Positions 27,778 to 37,758 of a stretch of 64,000 bases of DNA are shown here, in pieces. A model generated the notes under the pieces. That model was not told the DNA's origin, did not search any database, and saw only the letters and a program-made list of their open reading frames with translations. This DNA comes from Bdellovibrionota bacterium (GTDB lineage: Bacteria > Bdellovibrionota > UBA1018 > CAIPTA01 > JAALKR01): NCBI GenBank assembly GCA_965207455.1, contig CBDBMJ010000003.1, positions 32,001 to 96,000 on the forward strand, in the 5' to 3' direction. The translations under genes were made by a program, and so were the position numbers. Each line of letters starts with the position of its first letter. Within the stretch, counting starts at the first letter, position 1.

Positions 27778-29561
27778 TATACCGAACCCATACCTGTGGA
27801 GAGCTTTCTTTAGATCAAAACAAAGAAAAAGTGATCCTTAGTGGGTGGGTGGATACCCAACGAAACCATGGTGGGCTGATATTTATCGACCTTAGGGATC
27901 GTTACGGTATTACCCAATTGGTCTTTGATCCGGATCAGGGAAAAGAGTTGATGGATCAGGCCGGCAGGGTTCGTAGTGAGTATGTATTGCGAGTGGTGGG
28001 GATGGTACGCAATCGACCTGAAAATATGGTGAATACAAAGATTTCCACGGGTTCGGTGGAAGTGCTTGCTCAGGAGATCACTGTGCTGTCTGCGGCAAAA
28101 ACGCCTCCTTTTGTTATTGAGGATAAGGCAAATGTTAGTGAGGATATTCGTTTGGAGTTTCGGTATTTGGATCTTCGTCGTCCATTTCTACAAAAGATTC
28201 TTCAACTCAAGCACCGTTTTGTCCAGGGTATGCGTAACTACCTTACGGAAAAAGATTTCCTAGAGATAGACACTCCTATTTTATTTAAAAGCACTCCTGA
28301 AGGGGCAAGGGATTATTTGGTGCCGTCCAGGAATTCACAGGGATCTTTTTATGCCCTACCACAGTCTCCCCAGACCCTAAAGCAGCTTCTGATGATCGGT
28401 GGGTTGGATCGTTATTTTCAATTTGCCCATTGTTTTCGAGATGAAGATTTGCGTTCGGACCGTCAGCCGGAGTTTGTCCAGTTGGATTTAGAAATGTCCT
28501 TTGTCAATGAGGAGTCCATCTATGCCTTAGTGGAGGGATTGATGACAGCAGCCTATAAGGAGGCTTCCAATAGTAAGCTCACCCCACCGTTTCCACGGCT
28601 GACGTATAAAACTGCCATGGAGAAATATGGGAATGACAAGCCAGACACTCGTTTTGACTTATTGTTAGAGAACGCCAGTGCTGTGTTTGAAAAGACAGCA
28701 TTCAAGGCATTCTCTTCGGTGTTAGGGGCTGGTGGTAGTATTAAGGGTTTATGTGTAAAGGCTGGCACCGATCTTTCCCGCAAGAATATTGACAATCTCA
28801 CTTCTCTTGTGGCTCGATTTGGAGCCAAGGGTTTAGCTTGGCTAAAAGTAGAGGAGTCTTTAGTTTCTCCCATTGCAAAGTTTCTATCCTCGCAGGAGCA
28901 AAGTGCTTTAGTGAAATGTATGAAAGCAGAAAAAGGGGATTTAATTCTTTTAGTGGCAGACATTGATCCTGAGGTAGTGGATGCATCTTTGGGTAACCTA
29001 CGGGTCCATCTGGGGAAAGAGCGAAATCTAATTAAGGACAATTGTTTTAACTTTCTTTGGGTCACTGACTTTCCTCTTTTTGAATACGACTCTGAAACAA
29101 AAACCTATTCAGCCAAGCACCACCCTTTCACTCAGCCCCATCCCGACGATATAGAGTTATTGAAAAATCAAAAAAATATGGGGGAGATACGTTCCGTGGC
29201 CTATGATCTTGTTTGTAATGGTCATGAAATTGCTGGTGGTAGTTTGCGTATTTACCAATCGGATGTGCAGGAGGCCATGTTCCGAGCCTTGAATGTAACG
29301 AAAAAAGAAGTGGAAGAAAAATTTGGTTTTTTCATACGTGCCCTACAGTACGGAACTCCTCCCCATGGCGGTATTGCCTTTGGTCTTGACCGAAATATCA
29401 TGTTATTGACGGGAGTGAAATCCATTCGAGATGTTATTGCCTTTCCCAAGACTCAGACGGGAGCTTGTTTGATGAGTTCTTGTCCCGACCCGGTAACAGA
29501 TAAACAACTGCGAGAATTATCTATTCGGGTGAGTAAAGAGGATCGTCCCACCCCAAAATAA
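27759..29561 (+). CDS. aspS: aspartate--tRNA ligase
   Basis: RTHTCGEL, TPEGARDYLVPSR, PPHGGIAFGLDR. Confidence 0.98.
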   Translation: MSKQPLVYRTHTCGELSLDQNKEKVILSGWVDTQRNHGGLIFIDLRDRYGITQLVFDPDQGKELMDQAGRVRSEYVLRVVGMVRNRPENMVNTKISTGSVEVLAQEITVLSAAKTPPFVIEDKANVSEDIRLEFRYLDLRRPFLQKILQLKHRFVQGMRNYLTEKDFLEIDTPILFKSTPEGARDYLVPSRNSQGSFYALPQSPQTLKQLLMIGGLDRYFQFAHCFRDEDLRSDRQPEFVQLDLEMSFVNEESIYALVEGLMTAAYKEASNSKLTPPFPRLTYKTAMEKYGNDKPDTRFDLLLENASAVFEKTAFKAFSSVLGAGGSIKGLCVKAGTDLSRKNIDNLTSLVARFGAKGLAWLKVEESLVSPIAKFLSSQEQSALVKCMKAEKGDLILLVADIDPEVVDASLGNLRVHLGKERNLIKDNCFNFLWVTDFPLFEYDSETKTYSAKHHPFTQPHPDDIELLKNQKNMGEIRSVAYDLVCNGHEIAGGSLRIYQSDVQEAMFRALNVTKKEVEEKFGFFIRALQYGTPPHGGIAFGLDRNIMLLTGVKSIRDVIAFPKTQTGACLMSSCPDPVTDKQLRELSIRVSKEDRPTPK

Positions 29562-30381
29562 TATTATCAATAAGACGGGTTTCGCCCAGAAAAGCAGCCA
29601 GGGCATACACAGCCTTTCCTTTTGTTTCTAGGGGCTTGAGATCGGGATAGGAAAGAATTTCCAGGTATTGGATACGAAAACTTTTTTCTGTTTGGATTTG
29701 CTCCCTGCCCTGTTGGATAATTTCATCCACAGAGTGCTCTCCCTGTGTATAGAGCTTTGCTCCCTCCCTTAGGGTTTTGTATAAAAGAGGTGCTTTTTTT
29801 CTATCTTCGGAGGAAAGGTATTGGTTCCTAGAACTCAGTGCGAGTCCGTCGGACTCCCTCACTGTGGGACAAAACTGTAATTTCACGGGCAACAGAAGGT
29901 CCTTCACCATGCGTTCAATAACGAGGCATTGCTGAATATCTTTTTTTCCAAAGTAGGCGCAGGTGGGTTGGACGAGGGCAAAAAGACGGGCAACAACGGT
30001 GGCCACTCCCTGGAAGTAGGTACTACGAAACTTACCACACAAGGGAGCTGAGACTCCCTCCACTTGAATATAAGAAGAAAAACCAGGGGGATAGATAAGG
30101 GATCTATGGGGGCAAAAAAGTATGGTTAGGTTTTTTTCCCGTAAGCGATTTTTATCTTCCTCCAATGTTCTGGGGTAGACAGAAAAATCTTCGTTTTCTC
30201 CAAATTGTGTGGGGTTTACATAGATGGAAACCACGGTGCACTTGTTTTCTTTTATGGAGGCATCTACCAAAGATTCATGCCCAGGGTGGAGCGCGCCCAT
30301 GGTGGGCACAAAACCAATGCTCCCTTGGCGATAGGGTTTAAGGGCATGGTTTAATTCTTCGAGAGTGGTAACGATCTTCAC
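29521..30381 (-). CDS. panC: pantoate--beta-alanine ligase
   Basis: VPTMGALHPGH, VNPTQF, GLALSSRN. Confidence 0.96.
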   Translation of the reverse strand: MKIVTTLEELNHALKPYRQGSIGFVPTMGALHPGHESLVDASIKENKCTVVSIYVNPTQFGENEDFSVYPRTLEEDKNRLREKNLTILFCPHRSLIYPPGFSSYIQVEGVSAPLCGKFRSTYFQGVATVVARLFALVQPTCAYFGKKDIQQCLVIERMVKDLLLPVKLQFCPTVRESDGLALSSRNQYLSSEDRKKAPLLYKTLREGAKLYTQGEHSVDEIIQQGREQIQTEKSFRIQYLEILSYPDLKPLETKGKAVYALAAFLGETRLIDNIILGWDDPLYSPE

Positions 30382-31598
30382 TAGCTACTCCAGCGAGTGT
30401 GGGCAATATCCAGTAGCCTTTGAGCAATTTCTTCCTTGGAGGCTTTCGGTAAAAACGTATGGGAAGCATTATTTTCAAAAACATATAGCTCGTTGGTATC
30501 CACATCAAAGCCAATGTCGCTTCTACTCACGTCGTTTAAAGCAATAAAATCCAAGCCCTTTGTTTTTAATTTATCCTGTGCTTTTTCCATTTGCTCTTTT
30601 TTTGTACCCACTTCTGCGGCAAATCCCATAAACACTTGCCCCGGCTTTCGCTTAGCTGTCAAAGAGGAAAGAATATCTTTTGCAGAATTAAGTTCCAGAT
30701 TTAATGTTTCCTTGCGTGGAATTTTTCCTTTCTTTTCATCTTTCATTAAAAAATCGCAGACGGCGGCTGTGCTAAAAATTATATTGGCTTTGGGAAGGGC
30801 GCTAAGGGCTTGGGCTTCCATTTCATCGTTGGTTTCCACTTGAAATGTTTTTCCTTGCTCAAGCTTGGTATAGGCGGAATCTACTGGTCCGGATATTAAG
30901 GTAACATGGGCACCCTGTTTTTCTGCTGCCCTAGCAATCATATAACCCATGCGACCACTGGATCGGTTTGTGAGAAAACGAACCGGGTCCAAATAAGTAC
31001 GAGTGGGACCACTGGTAACTAAAACATGTACTCCCTTTAGGGGTTGTGATTCTAATTTCTCCGCAACCTTTTGGTATATCTCCATGGGTTCTGCCATTTT
31101 ACCCATACCCGTTTCCCCACAAGCTAAGTCTCCACTCACGGGTCCAATTTCTTCAACCTTGCGTGCCCGTAGTTTTTTTCTATTCTCTTGAGTAATGGGT
31201 GCTTCCCACATGCGCACATTCATGGCAGGAGCCATAAAAATAGGTTTCGTGAATGCTAGGGCTTCGGTGAGAAGAGCATCGTCGCAAATTCCATGGGCGA
31301 GCTTTGCCATAAAATTTGCTGTGGCAGGAGCCACCACTAGGGCATCTCCCCATTCACAAAGGTCGATATGGGCAGTGGCAGACAGATCGTAACTCTGTTG
31401 GTCGCCTAGAGAACGAAGCACAGGATTATTGCTCAAGCTCTCCAACGTTAGTGGAGTAACAAATTGCTCTCCCTGCTTGGTTAGTATCACACGCACATTG
31501 GATCCATTTTTTACAAACAAGCGCACAAGCTCACAGGATTTATAGGCAGCAATTCCTCCCGTTATTCCTAAAATAATATTTTTATTAAGCAATGGCAT
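30381..31598 (-). CDS. coaBC: phosphopantothenoylcysteine decarboxylase/ligase
   Basis: GGIAAYK, PAMN, DPVRFLTNRSSGRMG. Confidence 0.96.
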   Translation of the reverse strand: MPLLNKNIILGITGGIAAYKSCELVRLFVKNGSNVRVILTKQGEQFVTPLTLESLSNNPVLRSLGDQQSYDLSATAHIDLCEWGDALVVAPATANFMAKLAHGICDDALLTEALAFTKPIFMAPAMNVRMWEAPITQENRKKLRARKVEEIGPVSGDLACGETGMGKMAEPMEIYQKVAEKLESQPLKGVHVLVTSGPTRTYLDPVRFLTNRSSGRMGYMIARAAEKQGAHVTLISGPVDSAYTKLEQGKTFQVETNDEMEAQALSALPKANIIFSTAAVCDFLMKDEKKGKIPRKETLNLELNSAKDILSSLTAKRKPGQVFMGFAAEVGTKKEQMEKAQDKLKTKGLDFIALNDVSRSDIGFDVDTNELYVFENNASHTFLPKASKEEIAQRLLDIAHTRWSS

Positions 31599-32361
31599 AC
31601 AAACCCTCTAACGTTAGGTTGGGTTCAAAGTGGGTAACGGACTGAGATGTTCCCTCTAACAGATACCCAAATCCACCTGTGGCAATCACGGGGCAATCCT
31701 GGGGAAAGTTCTTTTCTTTACGAATAGCTTCCACCATACCGTCTACCATAAAAGCAAACCCATGAATGGCTCCACTACTCATGGCAGTTTTCGTATCATG
31801 GCCCACAACGGGAAGTTCTCCCGACGATGGAGTGAGGGCAATGGGTCCAAGGAGTGCGGTTTTTTGTACCAAAGCGTTCATGGAAATTCCCACACCTGGG
31901 CTAATAATACCTCCCATATATGCAAAGCAATTTTCATTTTTCCCAATAATGTCGAAGGTAGTAGCCGTGCCTGCGTCCACAACAATTGCTGGTGCTCCAA
32001 AACGCAAAGCTCCCTGAGCATTGGCCATTCGATCAGCACCCAAGATAGCAGGGTTGGGTAATTGTATTTCAAAGGACCATGGACTGCTTTCTTTGGCTAT
32101 CACTAGGGGAATACTCAGTTCATGGAACAGTTGGCTCCAAGTGGACTCCAGCGCTGGAACCACGGAAGCAAGGACTGCTTTTTCAAGCTGCTTCTCTAGA
32201 GAGTGTTTCCTACGGGAAAGGTTTGTTTCCAAGTAGGTGAAAAGCTCATCAGCATAGGCATGGCGATTGCTTTGTATGTGGAAAGTATGAAGCTTTCCAT
32301 CGGACTCGAATAAGCCAAATGTTGTGCGTGAGTTGCCGATGTCAATAATGAGTTTAGCCAT
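31585..32361 (-). CDS. coaX: type III pantothenate kinase
   Basis: IDIGNS, LGADR, VDAGTATT. Confidence 0.95.
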   Translation of the reverse strand: MAKLIIDIGNSRTTFGLFESDGKLHTFHIQSNRHAYADELFTYLETNLSRRKHSLEKQLEKAVLASVVPALESTWSQLFHELSIPLVIAKESSPWSFEIQLPNPAILGADRMANAQGALRFGAPAIVVDAGTATTFDIIGKNENCFAYMGGIISPGVGISMNALVQKTALLGPIALTPSSGELPVVGHDTKTAMSSGAIHGFAFMVDGMVEAIRKEKNFPQDCPVIATGGFGYLLEGTSQSVTHFEPNLTLEGLYAIA

Positions 32362-32966
32362 TATTTTTTACCTCTATTTTCATTTCTACTTTCATATTTG
32401 GCTTCATTTTTCTTGCTATTCTTTTTTTTCTTTTCAACTTTGACTTCGGGCTTGGGTTTTGGTTTCTTATCTGGATAGTTAATTTTGTAGATAACGGGAA
32501 CGCCCAGTACTTTATTTCTTATGGGTAGGAGTACAACGCTAATGCCTTGATTTATTTTTTTTAAAGAGGGGGGGGAGCTCTTTTTTCGAAGTATGGATCT
32601 TACCATGGGTTTAAGCTCTGTGGGCCAATGGGCCACGAATTTCTTCTCAGAGAGATTTACCCAAAATTTAACATTATATTCTTTTTTATTGACATAGACT
32701 TGTCCCTCTATGCTGGATTTTTTTACGGTGGGGAACTTTTTATTATTGTCAAGTAAGAAAACACTCATTCCACTTCCTCTAATGAGTAACTCGGTTAGGA
32801 AGGTGCCTGCGGATCGAAGTTGACCACCCCTGGGGCCTACGTTTCTCCCTTTACTTTTTTGGGTATTGGAGGCTTTGGAGGTTTTTTGAGCCAACGATGG
32901 GGGAGCTATGAGGAGAATCGCCAAGGAAAGGAACAGAAGAGAACTTTTTTTAATTTGTTTTTTCAT
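32361..32966 (-). CDS. hypothetical basic exported protein
   Basis: Signal peptide, GPRGGQL motif, translationally coupled in the operon. Confidence 0.7.
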   Translation of the reverse strand: MKKQIKKSSLLFLSLAILLIAPPSLAQKTSKASNTQKSKGRNVGPRGGQLRSAGTFLTELLIRGSGMSVFLLDNNKKFPTVKKSSIEGQVYVNKKEYNVKFWVNLSEKKFVAHWPTELKPMVRSILRKKSSPPSLKKINQGISVVLLPIRNKVLGVPVIYKINYPDKKPKPKPEVKVEKKKKNSKKNEAKYESRNENRGKK

Positions 32967-32967
32967 C

Positions 32968-33768
32968 CTATCCCTTGACTTGTTTTACATAATCCGAGGC
33001 AGCTCCACTGACTATTTTTTTCAAATTGCAGTAGGGCGTAGCAAACTTTGGCGTGGGACCAAAGGTATAGCCTAAGATATCATTTACCACGAGCACCTCT
33101 CCATCACAAACAGTTCCTGCTCCGATCCCAATGGTCGGAATTTTTAATTCTTGGGTAATTTGTTCCGCTGCTGTGGGATGTAGGCACTCCAGTACCAAAG
33201 AAAAACATCCAGCTTTTTCTAAAGCTAGGGCTGATTGCACCAAGAGGTCCACATCTTTTTCCGTTTTTCCGTGGATATAAAACCCTCCCATTTGGTGTAT
33301 GGACTGAGGAGTGAGACCAATGTGACCCATCACTGGGATCCCTGTCTCCACACAGCGACGGGTGAGTTCTAGAATATGGGGGGAGGCGCCCTCCATTTTT
33401 ACGGCCTGTACTCCACCCTCGCCCAAACAACGACCACTACTGATCAGACCCGTCTCCACAGAACTTTGATAGCTCATAAAAGGAAGGTCTGCGATAACAA
33501 ACGCTCGCTCACTTCCTCGAACCACGGCTGCTGAGTGTTCTATAATAGTATCCAAACGAACCTGAAGGGTATTTTCTTGACCGTAGACCACGTTGCCGAT
33601 GGAGTCGCCCACGAGGAGAATATCCACACCTGCATCGTCTAGGCATTGGGCTGTCATCACATCGTAGGCTGTTAGGGCAGCTAGGCGTTCCTTGCCCTTC
33701 ATGGCTTGGAGGGAGTGGAGTGTGTGTCGTTTTGTTTTGTTTTGTACGCTACTCATATTTTGTTCCAT
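32968..33768 (-). CDS. panB: 3-methyl-2-oxobutanoate hydroxymethyltransferase
   Basis: LTAYD, LLVGDS, GHIGLTPQS. Confidence 0.97.
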   Translation of the reverse strand: MEQNMSSVQNKTKRHTLHSLQAMKGKERLAALTAYDVMTAQCLDDAGVDILLVGDSIGNVVYGQENTLQVRLDTIIEHSAAVVRGSERAFVIADLPFMSYQSSVETGLISSGRCLGEGGVQAVKMEGASPHILELTRRCVETGIPVMGHIGLTPQSIHQMGGFYIHGKTEKDVDLLVQSALALEKAGCFSLVLECLHPTAAEQITQELKIPTIGIGAGTVCDGEVLVVNDILGYTFGPTPKFATPYCNLKKIVSGAASDYVKQVKG

Positions 33769-34675
33769 TGGTAGTTGGGTTCCTATAGCGTTCCGTTCCT
33801 TTCTTGCTAATCGGTGATCCCGATTCTATTTCTTTAGAAAACTCTTGGGCAAAAACTCCAGACTCAATATCTTCCCAAAGTTTTTCCATTCGGGGTTGAA
33901 GTTCCTTTTGGGGAAGTAAATATTCTGAAGCTCGTATGCCGCCGAACCTAGCGGTGCTACTTACTTTTTCTAACATTCCAGCCACACCCCATTCTACCAT
34001 CATATCCACGATGAGTTTGGTTTCATGCAAGCACTCATAGGTGGCTAGTGTCGGATTGATTCCTTTTTTCACAAGGTGGCGTATGCTGGCATCCAGTAGG
34101 TGGGGGATTCCCCCGCATAATAGGATTTGTTCGCTGAAAAGATCGGCGTTGGTTTCCTCGGAAAAGGTGCTTTCCAGCAAGCCCACTCGATGGCAGCCCA
34201 GTCCTGTGGCAATTGCGCGGGCAAGTTCCCAAGAATTACCCGAGGCATCCTGAGATACAGCAAGCACGCCCATCACTCCTGAACCAGCCACATAGTTTTC
34301 TCGGAGTTTTTTACCGATACCTTTCGGGGCAACGAGAATGGAGTTGTCTTGGGGAGAGAGGGGAAGTTTCCCGTACGTTACGGCAAAGCCGTGGGCAAAA
34401 ACAAAGGTTCGGGGTGAGCCATCTTTGCAGTGGGTTTGGAAAAAAAGTGGAATCTTTTCATCTGGAATTAAAATGGCTATGGGGTGGAGCGCTCGATTTT
34501 CCAGTGCCTCCTCTAGGGAGCAGGTGGCAAAGCCATCTTTTTGAGCTCGCTCAATGGAGGTTCCCTTGTTTAATGCATTGCGCCCAGAGACAGTCACGTC
34601 CCATCCTGAGTCTTTTAGGTTTTTTGCCCATGCTTGCCCTTGATTTCCGTAGCCAATAAGTGTAATTTGTGCCAT
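33749..34675 (-). CDS. ilvC: ketol-acid reductoisomerase family protein (probable ketopantoate reductase role)
   Basis: IGYGNQG, FAHGF, VAPKG, DLFSEQ..LCGG. Confidence 0.85.
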   Translation of the reverse strand: MAQITLIGYGNQGQAWAKNLKDSGWDVTVSGRNALNKGTSIERAQKDGFATCSLEEALENRALHPIAILIPDEKIPLFFQTHCKDGSPRTFVFAHGFAVTYGKLPLSPQDNSILVAPKGIGKKLRENYVAGSGVMGVLAVSQDASGNSWELARAIATGLGCHRVGLLESTFSEETNADLFSEQILLCGGIPHLLDASIRHLVKKGINPTLATYECLHETKLIVDMMVEWGVAGMLEKVSSTARFGGIRASEYLLPQKELQPRMEKLWEDIESGVFAQEFSKEIESGSPISKKGTERYRNPTTNGTKYE

Positions 34676-34701
34676 GTGACTAATTACTAGCAGGATTTTC
34701 C

Positions 34702-35109
34702 ATGTTACTCAACTTTATGAAAGCAAAAATTCACCGACTTCGGGTTACTCAAGCCAATCATGAGTATGAGGGGAGTGTGACCATTGATGAGCTCCTGATG
34801 AAGGAGGCAGGCATATTGCCTTATGAGCAGGTGCAGGTCTATGACGTGACCTCTGGGAGTCGTTTTGTGACGTATGCGATGGAGGGCCCTCCTGGAAAAG
34901 GGGATTGCTGTGTGAATGGAGCAGCCGCACGTTTGGTGGCTCTAGGGGATGAGGTAATTATCATGAGTTATTGCTTATTAACCCAAGAGGAGGCTTTGGA
35001 TTACCAGCCCAAGGTGGTGCTTATGAATAAAGACAATTCTATTAAAGACAGTTTTACGGTTCGAGGGGGACATAAGGAAGTGGGCGCACCGTTGGTGGAA
35101 AGAAAGTAA
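34702..35109 (+). CDS. panD: aspartate 1-decarboxylase
   Basis: KIHR, YEGSVTID, NGAAAR. Confidence 0.96.
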   Translation: MLLNFMKAKIHRLRVTQANHEYEGSVTIDELLMKEAGILPYEQVQVYDVTSGSRFVTYAMEGPPGKGDCCVNGAAARLVALGDEVIIMSYCLLTQEEALDYQPKVVLMNKDNSIKDSFTVRGGHKEVGAPLVERK

Positions 35110-35113
35110 GCCT

Positions 35114-36235
35114 ATGGAGTGGGTGGTATTTCTTGTTCTTGCTGCTCTAACTGTTCTAGTAGCTGCTCTTGTATTTATTTTTCGTTCTAACAGTAGGGAT
35201 AGGGATTTAGCCCTGATCGCGCTTCAGCAAAACATGATGAAGCAAATGCAAGAGGATGGTGTGAGTTTGCGAAAAGAGTTTAGCCAGTCTTTGCACGAGT
35301 CCATGCAAAATATTTCCACAGTGCTGGGTGGGGTGAGTACTCAGCTCAATAAGCGTATGGAGGAGACAAACACTACTTTGGGTCGCACTCAAAATAATGT
35401 GGGAGATCGGCTCGACAATGCGGCCAAAGTTATCCACAACCTACAAAATCAATTGGGAACTTTGGAGGAGTCCAGCCGACGTATGTTGGATATAGGTCAG
35501 GGGCTTAAAAATTTAGAGAATGTGTTGAGAAATCCAAAAATTCGAGGAAACATGGGCGAGTTTTTTCTAGAGGATCTTCTCAGACAAGTTTTGCCCACGG
35601 GTAGCTACGGCATACAACATTCCTTTCGATCAGGTGTTACCGTAGATGCTGTGGTGTATGTGGGTGATAATCTGCTACCCATCGACTCCAAGTTTCCTGT
35701 GGAGAGTTTTGTGCGTTTTTTGACTATTCCCGATGATGAACCCGACAAAAAGAAAAAAGAATACCGGGCTTTTATTGCCACCATCAAACACCACGCCAAT
35801 GACATTGCTAAAAAATATATTTGTCCCGATGAAAACACCTTTGATTTTGCTTTTATGTATATTCCTGCGGAGAATGTATACTACGAGACTATTATTCGTA
35901 ACGACGGTACAATCAATTCAGACTCCCTATACTCCTGGTTACTACAAAAGAAAGTAATTCCCGTATCTCCTAACTCTCTATATGCTTACCTGCAAGTAAT
36001 ACTGTTGGGTTTAAAGGGCATGAAGATTCAAGAAAGTGCAAAAGAGATTCTCCAGGGCTTAGACCAGCTCTCCGGCGATCTCCGCCGCTTCCAAAGCGAC
36101 TACTCCGTATTGGGAAAGCACATAAAAAATGCAGGCAATACTTTCGAGGGTGGAAATAAATATTTGGAAAAATTTCAAGGTCGTTATGACCAGCTTCTAC
36201 AAACGAAGGAGTATCGTGGAATTACCAAAGAATAA
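35114..36235 (+). CDS. rmuC: DNA recombination protein RmuC
   Basis: RGNMGE, IDSKFP, DFAFMYIPAE, VIPVSP. Confidence 0.92.
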   Translation: MEWVVFLVLAALTVLVAALVFIFRSNSRDRDLALIALQQNMMKQMQEDGVSLRKEFSQSLHESMQNISTVLGGVSTQLNKRMEETNTTLGRTQNNVGDRLDNAAKVIHNLQNQLGTLEESSRRMLDIGQGLKNLENVLRNPKIRGNMGEFFLEDLLRQVLPTGSYGIQHSFRSGVTVDAVVYVGDNLLPIDSKFPVESFVRFLTIPDDEPDKKKKEYRAFIATIKHHANDIAKKYICPDENTFDFAFMYIPAENVYYETIIRNDGTINSDSLYSWLLQKKVIPVSPNSLYAYLQVILLGLKGMKIQESAKEILQGLDQLSGDLRRFQSDYSVLGKHIKNAGNTFEGGNKYLEKFQGRYDQLLQTKEYRGITKE

Positions 36236-36587
36236 ATCCTCCATACGTTCCTGGTCCTACTTTATTCTCTACTGTGTGATGATTGTGTTTTTCACTCATA
36301 AGAAACCACTGGATCCCAGTTCCTACCCTTTTCCAAAGTATGGGGAATTGGTCCATTGTGTGGAATACTTTTTCTTTGCCATACTATTGCAGAAAGCCCT
36401 GCTTCGCAGTGAGGTGCCCAGGAGTTTTTGGTATGCCTTTGGGGGCACGTCCATCTTTGCTGTGGGAAACGCCCTGTATCTCTCCTTTTTCTCCAACGGT
36501 GGCGCTTGGAGCACTACGGATTATATGGCCGTTGGGCTGGGAATAGGGCTTGCCATGTTTCTCTTAAATAGTATTTATCGCACCTAG
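36216..36587 (+). CDS. VanZ-like membrane protein
   Basis: LVHCVEYFFFA resembles the VanZ H..EY motif; GTG start after AAGGAG. Confidence 0.55.
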   Translation: MELPKNKSSIRSWSYFILYCVMIVFFTHKKPLDPSSYPFPKYGELVHCVEYFFFAILLQKALLRSEVPRSFWYAFGGTSIFAVGNALYLSFFSNGGAWSTTDYMAVGLGIGLAMFLLNSIYRT

Positions 36588-36793
36588 GGTCCCAGGTCCG
36601 TGAGCATTTCCACCCCACCCACATCCGTTAGGTACACATGACCCGCGGGGCACACATGCTGTTCCACTTTTCTGGAAACATCATCGGGACGAATCCCACG
36701 AATCACAGGTATTGAGGAAAAATTGGTCTTACAGATGGGACAATCCAATGCTCGTTCCAAGGGATGCTTGGGTAGGGAATGTGCTTTTGTCAT
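36584..36793 (-). CDS. small putative zinc-binding protein
   Basis: CPIC...CPAGH. Confidence 0.55.
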   Translation of the reverse strand: MTKAHSLPKHPLERALDCPICKTNFSSIPVIRGIRPDDVSRKVEQHVCPAGHVYLTDVGGVEMLTDLGP

Positions 36794-36856
36794 GCCATTA
36801 CCATAACATTAATTATATATATTTAAAAGCATCACTTATTTAAATATTTGAGAAAC

Positions 36857-36890
36857 AAAAAAGCCCTCTCTATTTCTAAAGAAGGCTTTT
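36857..36890 (-). terminator. intrinsic terminator
   Basis: aaaaaagccctct...agaaggctttt hairpin downstream of 36943-37698. Confidence 0.6.
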
Positions 36891-36903
36891 CTATTAAGAA
36901 GAT

Positions 36904-37000
36904 TTTGTAATAAATTAAAATTTATGTATTTAAATTTTTTGGTTAGCTGCCGGTTGCATTTTTTGATGAGCAATCATCAGCATCAGTTGATGCGAAAGGC
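36904..37000. repeat. 97-bp perfect direct repeat (second copy 37720-37816)
   Basis: Covers the last 18 codons, stop and 3' UTR of both secreted paralogs. Confidence 0.95.
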
Positions 37001-37698
37001 TCTTTATAGCTCATGCCTCGTTCTTTGAGGCTGGTGTAGTCGTCATTTCTTTTCAATTCAGTACAGAGGTTATTTAACTTCTGTACTTGTTTCGCTAACC
37101 TTTTAGCTTCTGCTTCCGCTTCTTGAGCTTCAGTTATTGCTTCTTCAACTTCTTTTTCTCCAATCAAATTTTTAAATCTTTTTTCCTTGATTACAAGCGC
37201 CAGCTCAGACTCTACTCTTGTACTTACTTGAGAACCTATTTCATCTTCTATATTCGTCTTATATCTATCAAGCAGATCAGCGCCAAAACCCTTAGTATAT
37301 CCAGAAAAAATACAAGTAAATATACCTTCTTTAAGTAATTTATAATTAGTCAAGAGAACATCTGATCTAGTCGAGACTCCACGGAGTATAAATCTTGAAA
37401 TTATACTTGGCTCTTCTGTTGCCTCACATCTAGAATAATTTTCAGAGATATAAGTTGCGATATGAGACTTTAGCTTTTCCCTGATCACAGTATCTGTGGA
37501 AGAAATAGTTTTTTGATATTCCGCTGTCTTACTTTCCGCATCTCTAACTCTCTCTTTTGCACGTATGAATTTCTCCTCAGCAGAAACAGGTTTCACCGAT
37601 GAATCATCACTCTCAGGATTCAGCGCATGTCCAATTGTTGGTGATGCTATGGAAAGCGCTATTGCTGTTATCATTACTATATTTTTTGTTTTTATCAT
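36943..37698 (-). CDS. secreted helical protein, paralog A
   Basis: Signal peptide ...SPTIGHA; ends PFASTDADDCSSKNATGS. Confidence 0.85.
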   Translation of the reverse strand: MIKTKNIVMITAIALSIASPTIGHALNPESDDSSVKPVSAEEKFIRAKERVRDAESKTAEYQKTISSTDTVIREKLKSHIATYISENYSRCEATEEPSIISRFILRGVSTRSDVLLTNYKLLKEGIFTCIFSGYTKGFGADLLDRYKTNIEDEIGSQVSTRVESELALVIKEKRFKNLIGEKEVEEAITEAQEAEAEAKRLAKQVQKLNNLCTELKRNDDYTSLKERGMSYKEPFASTDADDCSSKNATGS

Positions 37699-37758
37699 TT
37701 TTTTATCCTCAGGGAGTAGTTTGTAATAAATTAAAATTTATGTATTTAAATTTTTTGG

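Noticed and set aside
29521..29561. 41-bp convergent overlap of aspS and panC
   Set aside because: Short tail-to-tail overlaps are common in compact genomes
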